This document shows, piece after piece, positions 28,456 through 38,501 of a stretch of 64,000 nucleotides of DNA. Numbering within the stretch: position 1 is the stretch's first letter; every line of letters begins with the position of its first letter. The position numbers and the translations under genes are program-made. This stretch comes from Candidatus Omnitrophota bacterium (lineage in GTDB: Bacteria; Omnitrophota; Gorgyraeia; Zapsychrales; Fredricksoniimonadaceae): assembly GCA_903836515.1 (NCBI GenBank), contig CAILQW010000003.1:33529-97528 (forward strand). Reading direction: 5' to 3'. A model generated the notes under the pieces. It did not search any database and was not told where the DNA came from. It worked only from the letters and a program-made list of their open reading frames with translations.

Positions 28456-30692
28456 CTGTCTTTTCCTTTTCCTTCGCGCCGCCTGGCGGCAGCGTCCTTG
28501 AATTTTTTGAGGGCCTCCGCGTCACCGGTATTCTTTCTCAACGCGAGGCCATAGGCCTTGACCGCCCAGTCATCGGCACCGTCTTCCGCGTAAAAATCGC
28601 CGATGGCCGAGATCTCGGCGGCACCGCGTTCCAGCGGAAAAATCCGTTTGATTAATATATCATAAGCCTCGCGATATTGCTTTTTTTTCACGAACACTTT
28701 CGCATGGATATACGGCCCGGAAGGATTGCCGGCAACGCCATCCATGCGCGCGGCCTGTTCCAGCGCGCGCGGATAATCCCCCAGCCCGATATACGCCAGG
28801 GCCAGCCCCCGGCGCAATTTGATGTCGCCCGACGACTGCAGGAGCGCGTAGCGGTAATACTCAAAGGCTTTCGCGAAATCCTTGCGTTCCAGATAGATCC
28901 TCGCCTTGAGGAAAAGAGCCTCCTCGCATGCTGGCGCGATGAGCAGCGCCGCATCCGCCTCGGCCATGGCCTGGTCCATATACCCCATGTCGTACAGCGT
29001 GGTGGCGCGATTGACCTGGCGGTAAGGAAACGCCCGGGCCGTCCCCATCCTCAGAATATCGGGAGCTATGACCTTGAGGGATTTGACATCAATGGCAAAC
29101 TTCCCGATGAGCGCGGCATTTTCCGGAATATCGCGCAGAAAGACCACCCCGTCATGATCGAAATAAACGAGTTTCCAATCAGGCCGCCCGCTGAACAGTT
29201 TAAGCGCTTTCTCCGGGATACGCGCATAAGCCGACCCCAGCACAGCGGCCCTGAGCTTGTAACGCGCCACCGCTTCATCCAGGGCCTTGCCGCTGCCCTC
29301 TTCCCAAATCTTCCGGTAAAACGCAAAAAACGCCGCCCCATACACTTCCGTCCTGCCGTCGATGAAAACCCTGACCTGCGGGTACATGCGCCCGGCAAGA
29401 TACGCCCCTGTGTTGAAATCATTGAACACAGCCCCGCTGATCTTGTTAGCCGCGCAAAAATCCACGGCACCGGAGGGAAAGGTGCGCTGGGCCACACCGA
29501 AAAATTCGCTCTTGCGCGCATACGTGTCAAAATCGTAATATCCGTGCTGGGCAAAGTCACCGCCGTAATTGAGCAGGAAGCCGATGAACGCGATCTTGAC
29601 CAGCCATCCGGTCAACAGCTCCAGGTGTTCGGACACGAATTGCACCGGCACCAGCTTGCGCAAGTCCAGGCTCAGGAGATTCATCATGGTGGCCAGGTAG
29701 GCCACAAAAGCGAAATAGACCATATTACGCAGTGCCATGCATGAAAAAGCCAGAAAAACTCCCCATACCAGCAGCCAGCGCAAGTCGATCCGCCGGATGT
29801 TCAGCAGGAAACTTATGGCGGAAACCAGGATCGTGGCCTTAAACGGCGCCTGGTCGGTGAGGTCCCAAAATGGAGCGCCCCGGAAAGGCGACTGGAGTTC
29901 GGTAATGTATTTGAAGAAAATGCTGTTGTCTCCCGAGAGCGAAAAGAACACCTTGAAAGGGTAGGCCGCCCCCGTAAATCCGAGGGGGTTGATCAAGGCT
30001 GCTGCCGCCACAACCGCCAGCGCCAGCCAAAGCCTGCCGTACCCTTCATCCGTCGCACGGGATTCATCCCTCCAGGCAAAAGGAAGGGGCACCCAACGCT
30101 TGAGTGTTTCAGCGCCCAGGAACAAAACGACAAGGACCGGCCCCCAAAAAAAATAGCCGTGCATATTCGTCCATACCACCTGCAGGATAAAAAGCGCGGG
30201 CAGGGCCCAGCGGCGCTGGATGCATGCGGCAAGGATCATCAGAAAAAGGATGACAAAAAGCACACTGAAAAGATCGGGCCTGACGGTGAAACGTGTCTGA
30301 TACACCTGGAATACGGCAAACAACAGCGGGATGATCACCAGCTGACGGTCACGCCGGTACGTCCACAAGAGCACCACAAGAAATGTGAAGGCGACCAGCC
30401 CGGCCTGCATATAAAGAAGAGCATCCATGCCGAACACCGCGCGCACGGCATGCACCACCGTCTGGAAAAGCCACTCGTGATTGACCCATGCCCTGCCGGC
30501 GATCGTGGCGGAAAGCATATCCTGCGAAGGCACCCCGCCGGAGGACGTGATCACCTCGCCCATTTTCATGTGAAGCCACAGGTCCAGGTCCTTGATCTCG
30601 GTCATGGACGCGAACGTGATCAAGGCGAAAAGAACGCCCAGGGCCAGAAAACCGAAAACCTGCGTCAACCGGCGGTAGAAATCAAGGCTCAT
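28452..30692 (-). CDS. polytopic membrane protein with C-terminal TPR repeats (possible PMT/ArnT-like glycosyltransferase)
   Basis: About 11 predicted TM helices in the N-terminal 400 aa (DLWLHMKMGE loop motif), then a soluble domain and TPR-like repeats near the C-terminus. 746 aa. Confidence 0.55.
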   Translation of the reverse strand: MSLDFYRRLTQVFGFLALGVLFALITFASMTEIKDLDLWLHMKMGEVITSSGGVPSQDMLSATIAGRAWVNHEWLFQTVVHAVRAVFGMDALLYMQAGLVAFTFLVVLLWTYRRDRQLVIIPLLFAVFQVYQTRFTVRPDLFSVLFVILFLMILAACIQRRWALPALFILQVVWTNMHGYFFWGPVLVVLFLGAETLKRWVPLPFAWRDESRATDEGYGRLWLALAVVAAAALINPLGFTGAAYPFKVFFSLSGDNSIFFKYITELQSPFRGAPFWDLTDQAPFKATILVSAISFLLNIRRIDLRWLLVWGVFLAFSCMALRNMVYFAFVAYLATMMNLLSLDLRKLVPVQFVSEHLELLTGWLVKIAFIGFLLNYGGDFAQHGYYDFDTYARKSEFFGVAQRTFPSGAVDFCAANKISGAVFNDFNTGAYLAGRMYPQVRVFIDGRTEVYGAAFFAFYRKIWEEGSGKALDEAVARYKLRAAVLGSAYARIPEKALKLFSGRPDWKLVYFDHDGVVFLRDIPENAALIGKFAIDVKSLKVIAPDILRMGTARAFPYRQVNRATTLYDMGYMDQAMAEADAALLIAPACEEALFLKARIYLERKDFAKAFEYYRYALLQSSGDIKLRRGLALAYIGLGDYPRALEQAARMDGVAGNPSGPYIHAKVFVKKKQYREAYDILIKRIFPLERGAAEISAIGDFYAEDGADDWAVKAYGLALRKNTGDAEALKKFKDAAARRREGKGKDR

Positions 30693-31447
30693 ACACTCAC
30701 CTCATAGTTAAAAGCCGCTTTTAAGAGAGCCTGCGTATAGGGATGGGACGGGCTTGAAAAAAGCTCATCCCGTCCCGCACATTCGATGATGCGGCCCTGC
30801 CGCATCACCGCCACCCGGCGGCTGAGACGGCGGACCGCGCGCAAATTATGCGCGATGAAAAGATACGTCACCCCGGTGCGGCGCGGAAGTTCTTCAAGCA
30901 CGCTCAAGATATCCTGCTGGACCAGCACATCCAGCGACGAGAGCGCTTCATCCAGAATAAGCAGGGACGGCTGGCTCATCAGGGCGCGTGCCATAGCGAT
31001 GCGCTGGCGCTCCCCCCCGGAAAACTCATGAGGGTACCGCGCCAGGATATCGGGCGGCAGGCGCACAAGGGCCAGCACCCCGCGCATCCGCGCCAGTTCC
31101 TCCCCCCGCGTCATCCGCGGCTCCAGCCTGAGCGCCTCACCCAGGATCGCCCGGACAGAATAGCGCGGGTCCAGGCTCGTGAAGGGGTCCTGAAAAACCA
31201 TGCGCACCTTGCGGCAGAACATGCCCCGGCGCGCCCTGACCGAAGAAAATTCCCGGCCTTCAAAAAAAACCCGGCCCGCATCGGGCGCCACAAGCCCCAT
31301 CACCACACGCGCGAGCGTTGTCTTGCCGCACCCCGACTCGCCCACGAGGCTCACATGCTCGCCCGGCATAAGGTCAAGGCTCACATCGTCAAGTGCGGTC
31401 ACTCCGCCGGGATAGGACTTGCGCAATCCCTCAAGTTTCAACAGCAT
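30689..31447 (-). CDS. ABC transporter ATP-binding protein (OppF/DppF-like)
   Basis: Walker A GESGCGKTT, signature LSGGERQR, Walker B LLILDEALS. Start MLLKLEGL with a GGGGAG RBS. The ORF track extends to 31564. Confidence 0.85.
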   Translation of the reverse strand: MLLKLEGLRKSYPGGVTALDDVSLDLMPGEHVSLVGESGCGKTTLARVVMGLVAPDAGRVFFEGREFSSVRARRGMFCRKVRMVFQDPFTSLDPRYSVRAILGEALRLEPRMTRGEELARMRGVLALVRLPPDILARYPHEFSGGERQRIAMARALMSQPSLLILDEALSSLDVLVQQDILSVLEELPRRTGVTYLFIAHNLRAVRRLSRRVAVMRQGRIIECAGRDELFSSPSHPYTQALLKAAFNYEVSV

Positions 31448-31448
31448 T

Positions 31449-32210
31449 TCACATCTCCCCGGCGGACATAAGCGCCCGCGCATCCGGATGATCGGGCGCG
31501 ACCACTCGCCCGCGGGAAAGAATGACCAGCTCATCGGCCAGGCGCCGCACCATGCCCAGGTCATGGGCGATCAGGACGATCGACAGGTCAAGTTCACGCC
31601 GAAGTTTCCGGAAAAGTTCCATGAGGCGCGCCTGCAGGGTCACATCGAGGCTGCTGGTCGGCTCGTCCGCCACCAGCACCGAAGGCGTTGTGCACAGCGC
31701 CATGGCCAGCATCGCCCGCTGACGCAGGCCGCCGGACAATTCATGCGGATAACAGCGTTCCACCCGCCGCGGATCATCGATCCCGGCCAGGGACAAGAAG
31801 CTCAGGGCCCTTTCCCGGGCCCGCGCCCGGCCGCCGCCCTCATGCGCGCCATGCGCCATGATCGTCTCCACAATCTGATCACCAACGGTAAACACAGGAT
31901 CGAACGCGCTTGAAGCTTCCTGGAACGACAGGCTCACACACGCCCCCCGCCACCGGCGCAGGGCCAGCGCATCCATGGCGAGTATATCCTGCCCTTGCCA
32001 GAGAACCTGGCCGCGCTGCCGGCACATGGCATCCGGAATGAATCCCAACAGGGTGCAGGCCAGTGTTGTCTTGCCGCTTCCCGATCCACCCACCACACCG
32101 ACGATCTTGCCCCGTGCCAGCGACAACGAAACATCCTCCAGGATAAAAGTCCCGGGCTTTTCCCGCAGGGTCAGGGTGATCCCCCGGGCGGCAAGGATCG
32201 GGGCGCTCAT
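31449..32210 (-). CDS. ABC transporter ATP-binding protein (OppD/DppD-like)
   Basis: Walker A GGSGSGKTT, signature LSGGLRQR, Walker B LVADEPTSSLD. Confidence 0.85.
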   Translation of the reverse strand: MSAPILAARGITLTLREKPGTFILEDVSLSLARGKIVGVVGGSGSGKTTLACTLLGFIPDAMCRQRGQVLWQGQDILAMDALALRRWRGACVSLSFQEASSAFDPVFTVGDQIVETIMAHGAHEGGGRARARERALSFLSLAGIDDPRRVERCYPHELSGGLRQRAMLAMALCTTPSVLVADEPTSSLDVTLQARLMELFRKLRRELDLSIVLIAHDLGMVRRLADELVILSRGRVVAPDHPDARALMSAGEM

Positions 32211-33307
32211 GTGCTTTCCCCCCGCCCCTTGAGCAAGGGGTCCCAGGCGTCGCGCAGCGCGTCGCCGGCCACATTAAACGACAGGACCGTAATGCCGATA
32301 AAAAATGCCGGCCAGAGGATCCATGGCGCAAACTGTATCCTCACAATGCTCATGGCTTCGGCCAGCATGTTGCCCCAGCTGGCATACGGGTCCTGGATCC
32401 CCAGTCCGATGAGGCTCAGGGCCGATTCACCCAGGATATACCCCGGCACGGCCAGTGTCACAGCGGCCAGTGAATACGAAATCGTATGCGGCAGGACATG
32501 CCGCACGATGATCTCCATGTCAGTCAGGCCCATGGTCCGTGCCGCAAGTACATAATCGCGTTCTTTAAGCGAAAGGCACATCCCCCGGATGACGCGGGCC
32601 AGCCCTGCCCAGCCGATGAACGACAGGATGATGATGATCGCCGCATAGACCTGCAGGGGATCAAGGCTGTCAGGCACCGCGGCGCGCAAGGCGAGCAACA
32701 GATAAAACCCCGGCACCATCATCACCATCTCGCAGACGCGCATGAGCACATCATCCACCCGTCCGCCCCAATACCCCGCGATACCTCCCACAAGAAGTCC
32801 TATGCCGAATGAAATGATGACGCCAAAAAGCCCGATGGTCAACGAGACGCGCGCGCCGTGCAATATCCTCGAAAAAATATCACGCCCGCGGCTGTCAGCC
32901 CCCAACAGGTACACACGGCCCGGAGCGTCCACGATGAACAGGTGCCTGTCGAAAGGCAAAAACCCCAACAGCCTGTAAGGCTCTCCCTTCCCGAAGAATC
33001 GCAGGGGATAAACCTCAGGAGTCGCGCGGTAGACACGCCGCCGGAAGGTATCATACGCCATAGCCATCCCGCGCACATGCGGCCCGATCAAGCGCCCGTC
33101 CGGTGCCAGGAGATGGATCGCCGTCGGGGGACAATAAGGGTGTTCCCGGGATTCATCCTTTAGTGAATACGGCGCAGCCACATCCGCCAGCAGGGCTGCG
33201 GCATAAAGCGCCCCCAGAACCCAGAGCGCCGCCAGCGCCGCGCGGTCGCTGGTGAAGCGCTGCCAGGCCAGCCCTGTTTCACTCCGGGGTTTTTCCATCA
33301 ATGTCAC
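32207..33307 (-). CDS. ABC transporter permease (OppC/DppC-like)
   Basis: Six TM helices, EAA-like loop, N-terminal periplasmic extension typical of OppC. 366 aa. Confidence 0.8.
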   Translation of the reverse strand: MTLMEKPRSETGLAWQRFTSDRAALAALWVLGALYAAALLADVAAPYSLKDESREHPYCPPTAIHLLAPDGRLIGPHVRGMAMAYDTFRRRVYRATPEVYPLRFFGKGEPYRLLGFLPFDRHLFIVDAPGRVYLLGADSRGRDIFSRILHGARVSLTIGLFGVIISFGIGLLVGGIAGYWGGRVDDVLMRVCEMVMMVPGFYLLLALRAAVPDSLDPLQVYAAIIIILSFIGWAGLARVIRGMCLSLKERDYVLAARTMGLTDMEIIVRHVLPHTISYSLAAVTLAVPGYILGESALSLIGLGIQDPYASWGNMLAEAMSIVRIQFAPWILWPAFFIGITVLSFNVAGDALRDAWDPLLKGRGEST

Positions 33308-34269
33308 CTGATCCTTATCCGGGGATCGGCCTTGGCAAGCGCGATATCCGCCAGCAAATTTCCGGCCACGAACAATACACCACCCATCATCATGCTGGCC
33401 ATAACCAGATAAATGTCTTTGGAACGCACCGCGGTCAGCATCAGGCTGCCCAGCCCCGGCCAGCTGGTGACGATTTCCATGAGCGCCGCGCCGCTTAACA
33501 GCGCTGAAAATTCATACCCCAAAAGTGTGATCATGGGGTTGATGGCATTGCGCAGGGCATGCCCATAAATGACCCGGTTCTCGGGGAGCCCGCGGGCCCG
33601 GGCCGCGAAAATATACTGACGGCCCAGCACCTCGAGCATATTGCCGCGCATGATCTTTTGCAAGAGCGCGATCGACCCCAGCGAAAGGGCGGTCACCGGG
33701 ATCACCAGATGCCGGAGCATGTCCCCCGCACGGGCAAACCAGGGAAGGTCCGCGCTCCCCGGGCTTTCCATACCGCCCAGCGGCAGCCAGCCCGTGACAC
33801 TTGCCCCCCATAACAGCACCATGGCCACAAAAAAACCCGGCAAAGAAAGCACCGCATATGCCGTAAACTGGATCATCCGGTCCCTTAAGCCCCCGCGATG
33901 AAGCGCGGCCCAGATGCCCAGGGGGATCGCCACGGCCCACGTCAGCAAGAAAGCGGCCAAAGAAAGGATAAACGTATTACCCAGGCGCGACGCCAGGATC
34001 TTGACCACCGGCACATTATAATAGAATGAATATCCCAGTTCCCCGCGGGCCAGCCCGGCCAGCCAGTACAGATACTGCTGCCAGGCGGGTTTGTCCAGCT
34101 GGTAGAGTTTACCGTAATATGCCAGCGTGTCCTTGGAGATCTGGGGATCCAGGCGCAGGGTATCGAGAAAATTCCCCGGCGTCAGGCGCATGAGCATGAA
34201 CGTCACGAAACTCATGACAACAAGCAAAAGCAGGGCTGTTAAAATGCGTCTGAAAATATACGGGGCCAT
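33304..34269 (-). CDS. ABC transporter permease (OppB/DppB-like)
   Basis: N-terminus MAPYIFRRILTALLLLVVMSFVTFMLMRLTPGNF. The ORF-track start at 34347 is a TTG inside the upstream SBP gene. Confidence 0.8.
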   Translation of the reverse strand: MAPYIFRRILTALLLLVVMSFVTFMLMRLTPGNFLDTLRLDPQISKDTLAYYGKLYQLDKPAWQQYLYWLAGLARGELGYSFYYNVPVVKILASRLGNTFILSLAAFLLTWAVAIPLGIWAALHRGGLRDRMIQFTAYAVLSLPGFFVAMVLLWGASVTGWLPLGGMESPGSADLPWFARAGDMLRHLVIPVTALSLGSIALLQKIMRGNMLEVLGRQYIFAARARGLPENRVIYGHALRNAINPMITLLGYEFSALLSGAALMEIVTSWPGLGSLMLTAVRSKDIYLVMASMMMGGVLFVAGNLLADIALAKADPRIRIR

Positions 34270-34303
34270 GGTCGTGTCGGCGCGGCGTGCCGCGCGTCCC
34301 GGG

Positions 34304-36025
34304 TTACTTGATGTATATCTCTTCGAGATTATGAAACACACCGCCAAAGGGCGAAGGCTTCAGATTGCCAAAGCGATCCCTCACCGCGGTGAGGCGGGCG
34401 CCCAGCGCCGTATAGATCACAGGCAGTTCTTCGGCCACGATCTTCTGGTATTCATCGTAAAGAACTTTTCTTTTATCTTCGTCGAACTCCTGCACGGCCG
34501 CCGTAAAAATATCATCCACACGTTTTTCCCACGCTGTGGCCGGCGTTTTCTGGCGCGGATCCCACATATGGAGCTGGCCCGAAGAACGCCACACATTCTG
34601 CCCGAAATGAGGATCCACACCGCCGGTCAAGCCCAGCACGACCGCATCCCAGTCGCAGGTCGATGTCAGCTTGGCCACCAGGGTATTGAACTCGACGAGC
34701 TGCAGATTAACCTTCATACCCGCGCGTTCCAGATCGCTGCGGATGATGGCGGCGATATCCGCGCGTTCCGTATTGTCCGCGTTGGTGTACATATTGAATT
34801 CCAGCTTGCGCCCGGCACCATCCTCGAGAATACCGTCGCCGTCCTTGTCCGCAAACCCCATCTCCCCCAAAAGCGCGCGAGCGGCATCAAGGTCGTAGGT
34901 GTATGTCATGACATCCCCGCAATAAAAAAAACCTGCCGCCGGGCTTTCCGGTGAAATTTGCGGATACCCCAGGCCGTTCTTGACGATCTCGATGATGCGT
35001 TTTTTGTCCACCGCGTGGGCCACGGCACGCCGGAAACGGATATCCGTAAACCAGGCGCGCTTGTAAGGCAGAACATACGGCCTCCCGCTGACAGGATCCT
35101 GGCCCGGATTCTGGTTGAATGTGATAAAGCTGGTGCCCAGATCGGGCCCAAGGTCATACACCGTAAAACCTTTGGCCGCTTCCCGGGGCTTCAGCAAGGG
35201 ATAATCCATGCCGCGCATGGTATAGGCATCGATGCTCCCCTCAAGAAATTTCAGGAGTTCGACATCCATTCCCGGGACAATCGTATATTCGATCTTGGCG
35301 ATGTAAGGAAGGCGTCCTCCGCCGGGGGCCGTTTTCCAGTAATACGGGTTCGCGCGGAACACCACCCGCCGTCCAGGCTGATAATCCACCAGCATGTACG
35401 GCCCGGTGCCAATAATATCCGCGGGCCTGGCATCAATGCCCCAGGTGAAAGCGAATTTCTTGTCATGGACAGCCTGCGCCAGCACATGCCGGGGAAGGAT
35501 CTCCTGGCCCAGGCTCCTTAAAAAAGGCGCGAAACGGCCCGGCAGGATAAAACGGACTGTTGTGTCGTCGACAACCTCGACCCGTACCGGCTTGCCTTCG
35601 ATCGTAAAAATATCGCGCGCGGAATTGGGCACATCATCGTTAAAAATCAGGTCATTGAACGTGAAGGCCACATCCCCGGCGGTAAAAGGCTCCCCGTCCG
35701 ACCAGTGCAGGCCATGGCGCAGGTGAAATGTCCAGACGAGGCCGTCCTTGTCCGCTCCCCAGCTTTCGGCAAGGTTGGGGATCACTTTAAGCGTGAAAGG
35801 ATCCATGGTGGTCAGGCCTTCAAACATGTGCCCCGTCATCGCGGTGGTTGATGTTTCCTTGGCGAGGATGGGATTAAATGACTTGGGATCGGATGTGACA
35901 GCCAGGACGAGCGTCCCTCCGTAGCGCGGGGCTTGCGCGGCGGCGGCGGAAAAGGACAAAAAAAGTAAAATAAAAGAGCACAACAGGGCTGGCCCGGTTG
36001 TGCTCTTGAACATCCTTGAAACCAT
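34304..36025 (-). CDS. ABC transporter substrate-binding protein, family 5 (peptide/nickel type)
   Basis: Signal peptide MVSRMFKSTTGPALLCSFILLFLSFSAAAAQA, followed by an SBP_bac_5-like domain (~570 aa). The ORF track extends to 36211, overlapping secG. Confidence 0.8.
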   Translation of the reverse strand: MVSRMFKSTTGPALLCSFILLFLSFSAAAAQAPRYGGTLVLAVTSDPKSFNPILAKETSTTAMTGHMFEGLTTMDPFTLKVIPNLAESWGADKDGLVWTFHLRHGLHWSDGEPFTAGDVAFTFNDLIFNDDVPNSARDIFTIEGKPVRVEVVDDTTVRFILPGRFAPFLRSLGQEILPRHVLAQAVHDKKFAFTWGIDARPADIIGTGPYMLVDYQPGRRVVFRANPYYWKTAPGGGRLPYIAKIEYTIVPGMDVELLKFLEGSIDAYTMRGMDYPLLKPREAAKGFTVYDLGPDLGTSFITFNQNPGQDPVSGRPYVLPYKRAWFTDIRFRRAVAHAVDKKRIIEIVKNGLGYPQISPESPAAGFFYCGDVMTYTYDLDAARALLGEMGFADKDGDGILEDGAGRKLEFNMYTNADNTERADIAAIIRSDLERAGMKVNLQLVEFNTLVAKLTSTCDWDAVVLGLTGGVDPHFGQNVWRSSGQLHMWDPRQKTPATAWEKRVDDIFTAAVQEFDEDKRKVLYDEYQKIVAEELPVIYTALGARLTAVRDRFGNLKPSPFGGVFHNLEEIYIK

Positions 36026-36027
36026 CT

Positions 36028-36378
36028 TCACTTCGCGCTGTTGGTCGCCGCGTTGATCACGATCGTCTGCGCGGGAGCCTGGTCGAACAACTGTTCGACG
36101 TTCACAACGGCGGGAGCCTTGCGGGTATCGGGCAGATCCTCCAGCAGGGAACGCTGCTTCTTGGATGTCATGACCGCGAGCCCCAGGCAGGTGATCAAAA
36201 AGATCACGCACAACACCGTGGTCACCTTGAGCATGAACTGGTTGGTCTGGGCCCCTAAAAGATTTTCCGCCGAATCAAATCCCTGCGCCAGTCCGCCCCC
36301 TTTACCCGATTGCATGAGGATAGAAACAATGAGGAGGACACAGGTGATGACATGAATGACTGTAACGAAAGTGCTCAC
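36028..36378 (-). CDS. secG: preprotein translocase subunit SecG
   Basis: N-terminus MSTFVTVIHVITCVLLIVSILMQSGKGGGL. 116 aa. Confidence 0.85.
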   Translation of the reverse strand: MSTFVTVIHVITCVLLIVSILMQSGKGGGLAQGFDSAENLLGAQTNQFMLKVTTVLCVIFLITCLGLAVMTSKKQRSLLEDLPDTRKAPAVVNVEQLFDQAPAQTIVINAATNSAK

Positions 36379-36392
36379 AGAGGCTCCTTAAA

Positions 36393-37148
36393 TTAAGCAA
36401 TGTTCTTGATAATGGCCGCGAAAGAATCCGCCTTCAGGCTCGCTCCGCCGACCAGCGCGCCGTCAATATCCGGCTGGGACATGAGTTCCGCCGCATTTTC
36501 AGGCTTCACGCTGCCGCCGTACTGGATCCTCAGGGCATCGGCCGTTGCCTGGTCGAAAAGTTTGGCGACTATACCGCGTATAAACTTGTGCACTTCCTGG
36601 GCCTGGGCCGCTGTGGCGGTCTTCCCCGTGCCAATGGCCCATACAGGTTCATAGGCAATGACCACCGTATTCATATCTTCCTTGCCAAGACCCGCGAGCG
36701 AACCTGTCACATGGTCTTTGACCACATCAAAGGTCTTCCCCGCTTCGCGCTCGGCCAGGTTTTCGCCGACGCATACGATCGGCTTGAGCCCGTAGCTGAA
36801 GGCGGCCTTAAGGCGGCGGTTAACGGTCGCATTGGTCTCGCCGAAGAACTGACGCCGCTCGGAATGCCCGATGATGACATATTCCGCGCCTGCGGCCTTG
36901 ATCATGGGACCGGAAATTTCACCCGTAAACGCCCCCTCCGCTTCCCAAAAAAGATTCTGCGCCCCCAGCGCAATCCCTGAACCCGCCAGGACCCGGGAGA
37001 CTTCCGTCAGGCTCACAAACGGAGGGCAGACCACCGCATCGACCGCCGTCTGTCCGCCAAGCGCCTTCTTCAGACCATCCACCAGCGCCACCGCTTCCGC
37101 CGGAGTCTTGTACATTTTCCAGTTGCCCGCAATGATCTTCTTACGCAT
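36393..37148 (-). CDS. tpiA: triosephosphate isomerase
   Basis: Motifs [31 protein letters not shown]. An alternative ATG lies at 37166. Confidence 0.9.
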   Translation of the reverse strand: MRKKIIAGNWKMYKTPAEAVALVDGLKKALGGQTAVDAVVCPPFVSLTEVSRVLAGSGIALGAQNLFWEAEGAFTGEISGPMIKAAGAEYVIIGHSERRQFFGETNATVNRRLKAAFSYGLKPIVCVGENLAEREAGKTFDVVKDHVTGSLAGLGKEDMNTVVIAYEPVWAIGTGKTATAAQAQEVHKFIRGIVAKLFDQATADALRIQYGGSVKPENAAELMSQPDIDGALVGGASLKADSFAAIIKNIA

Positions 37149-37169
37149 AAAACCCGCTTTCGTCATAAT

Positions 37170-38387
37170 TTAACGGCAGCCGCAGCAGCAGCCGGAAGCC
37201 TTTTTCTTGTCGTTGAGCGCCGTGATCCCCGGGAGTTCTTTGCCTTCAAGGTACTCGAGCGCCGCGCCGCCGCCCGTGGAAATATGCGTCATTTTGTCAT
37301 CCAGTCCGAACTTGGAAACCGCGGCCGCCGAATCGCCGCCGCCGATGATCGTCTTCACACCCTTGTCCTTGAGAGACGCCAGATGAAGCGCGATCTCCTT
37401 GGTCCCGTTCTCGAACGCCGCCCGCTCGAACACGCCCAGCGGACCGTTCCAGATGACCGTCCTGGCGCCCGAAAGGATGGTCTTGAACTTGGCGCGGGTC
37501 TTGGGCCCGATATCGAGCGACTCAAACCCGTCGGGGATGACATCGGAAATCCTGGCATCGTCAGAATCGAAATTCGGAACGATCACAAAATCCTCGGTCA
37601 TTTCGATCCGGACACCCGCGGCCTTGGCCTTGGCCAGGATCTCTGCCGCGAGGCCGATCCTGTCTTTTTCAAGCTTGGAATTCCCGATATTGATCCCGCG
37701 CGCCTTGAGGAACGTGTACGCCATCCCTCCGCCGATCAAAATGGTGTCGGCCTTCTTGAGAAGGTTCTCGATCAGGAGGATCTTGTCGGAAACTTTCTTG
37801 CCGCCAAGAATAACGACAAAGGGACGCTCGGGGTCATTGATAGCCTTGCCGAGGTACTCGATCTCTTTCTCGATCAGAAAACCGCTCACGGCGGGAAGAT
37901 ACGCCGCGAGGCCCGCGGTCGAGGCATGCGCGCGGTGCGCGGTGCCGAAAGCGTCATTGACATAAATATCCGCCAGGGACGCGAGCTCCTTGGCAAACAC
38001 AGGATCGTTCTTTTCTTCCTCTTTATGGAACCTGAGATTCTCGAGCAAAATGACCTTGGCCGGAGCCGCGCCCGCTTCCTTCCTGACCGCTTCGCCCACG
38101 CAGTCGGAAAGAAGTGTCACCGGCTGGCCCAAAAGTTCGGCCAGGCGCTTTGCCGCCGGCGCGAGCGAAAATTCTTTTTCAAAACCGGTACCGGCCGGGC
38201 GCCCGAGATGGCTCATCAGGATCACCCTGGAGGCACCATGCTCAATGACATATTTAATGGTCGGAACGGCCGCGCGGATACGGATATCGTCGGTGATCCT
38301 TTCGCCGTCCAGGGGAACATTGAAATCTACGCGGATAATGACCCTTTTGCCCTTCAGGTCAACATCACGCACGGTCATTTTGTTCAT
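37170..38387 (-). CDS. pgk: phosphoglycerate kinase
   Basis: Start [27 protein letters not shown] with a GGAGG RBS. Motifs ILMSHLGRP and GGGMAYTFL present. Unusual C-terminal tail [12 protein letters not shown]. Confidence 0.9.
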   Translation of the reverse strand: MNKMTVRDVDLKGKRVIIRVDFNVPLDGERITDDIRIRAAVPTIKYVIEHGASRVILMSHLGRPAGTGFEKEFSLAPAAKRLAELLGQPVTLLSDCVGEAVRKEAGAAPAKVILLENLRFHKEEEKNDPVFAKELASLADIYVNDAFGTAHRAHASTAGLAAYLPAVSGFLIEKEIEYLGKAINDPERPFVVILGGKKVSDKILLIENLLKKADTILIGGGMAYTFLKARGINIGNSKLEKDRIGLAAEILAKAKAAGVRIEMTEDFVIVPNFDSDDARISDVIPDGFESLDIGPKTRAKFKTILSGARTVIWNGPLGVFERAAFENGTKEIALHLASLKDKGVKTIIGGGDSAAAVSKFGLDDKMTHISTGGGAALEYLEGKELPGITALNDKKKASGCCCGCR

Positions 38388-38501
38388 AACAGCCTCCGGG
38401 AACAATAACGGTTAAAAAACTTTTTTCCATCCCGGCCCTGATCCAGGCGCGGTAGGAAGGAATTTAAAATTTTAAGTATTATATATAGGGAAACAGGTTT
38501 G

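Noticed and set aside
37166-37172. Pgk-Tpi fusion (as in Thermotoga)
   Set aside because: A TAA stop at 37170-37172 separates pgk from tpiA. The two genes are merely adjacent.
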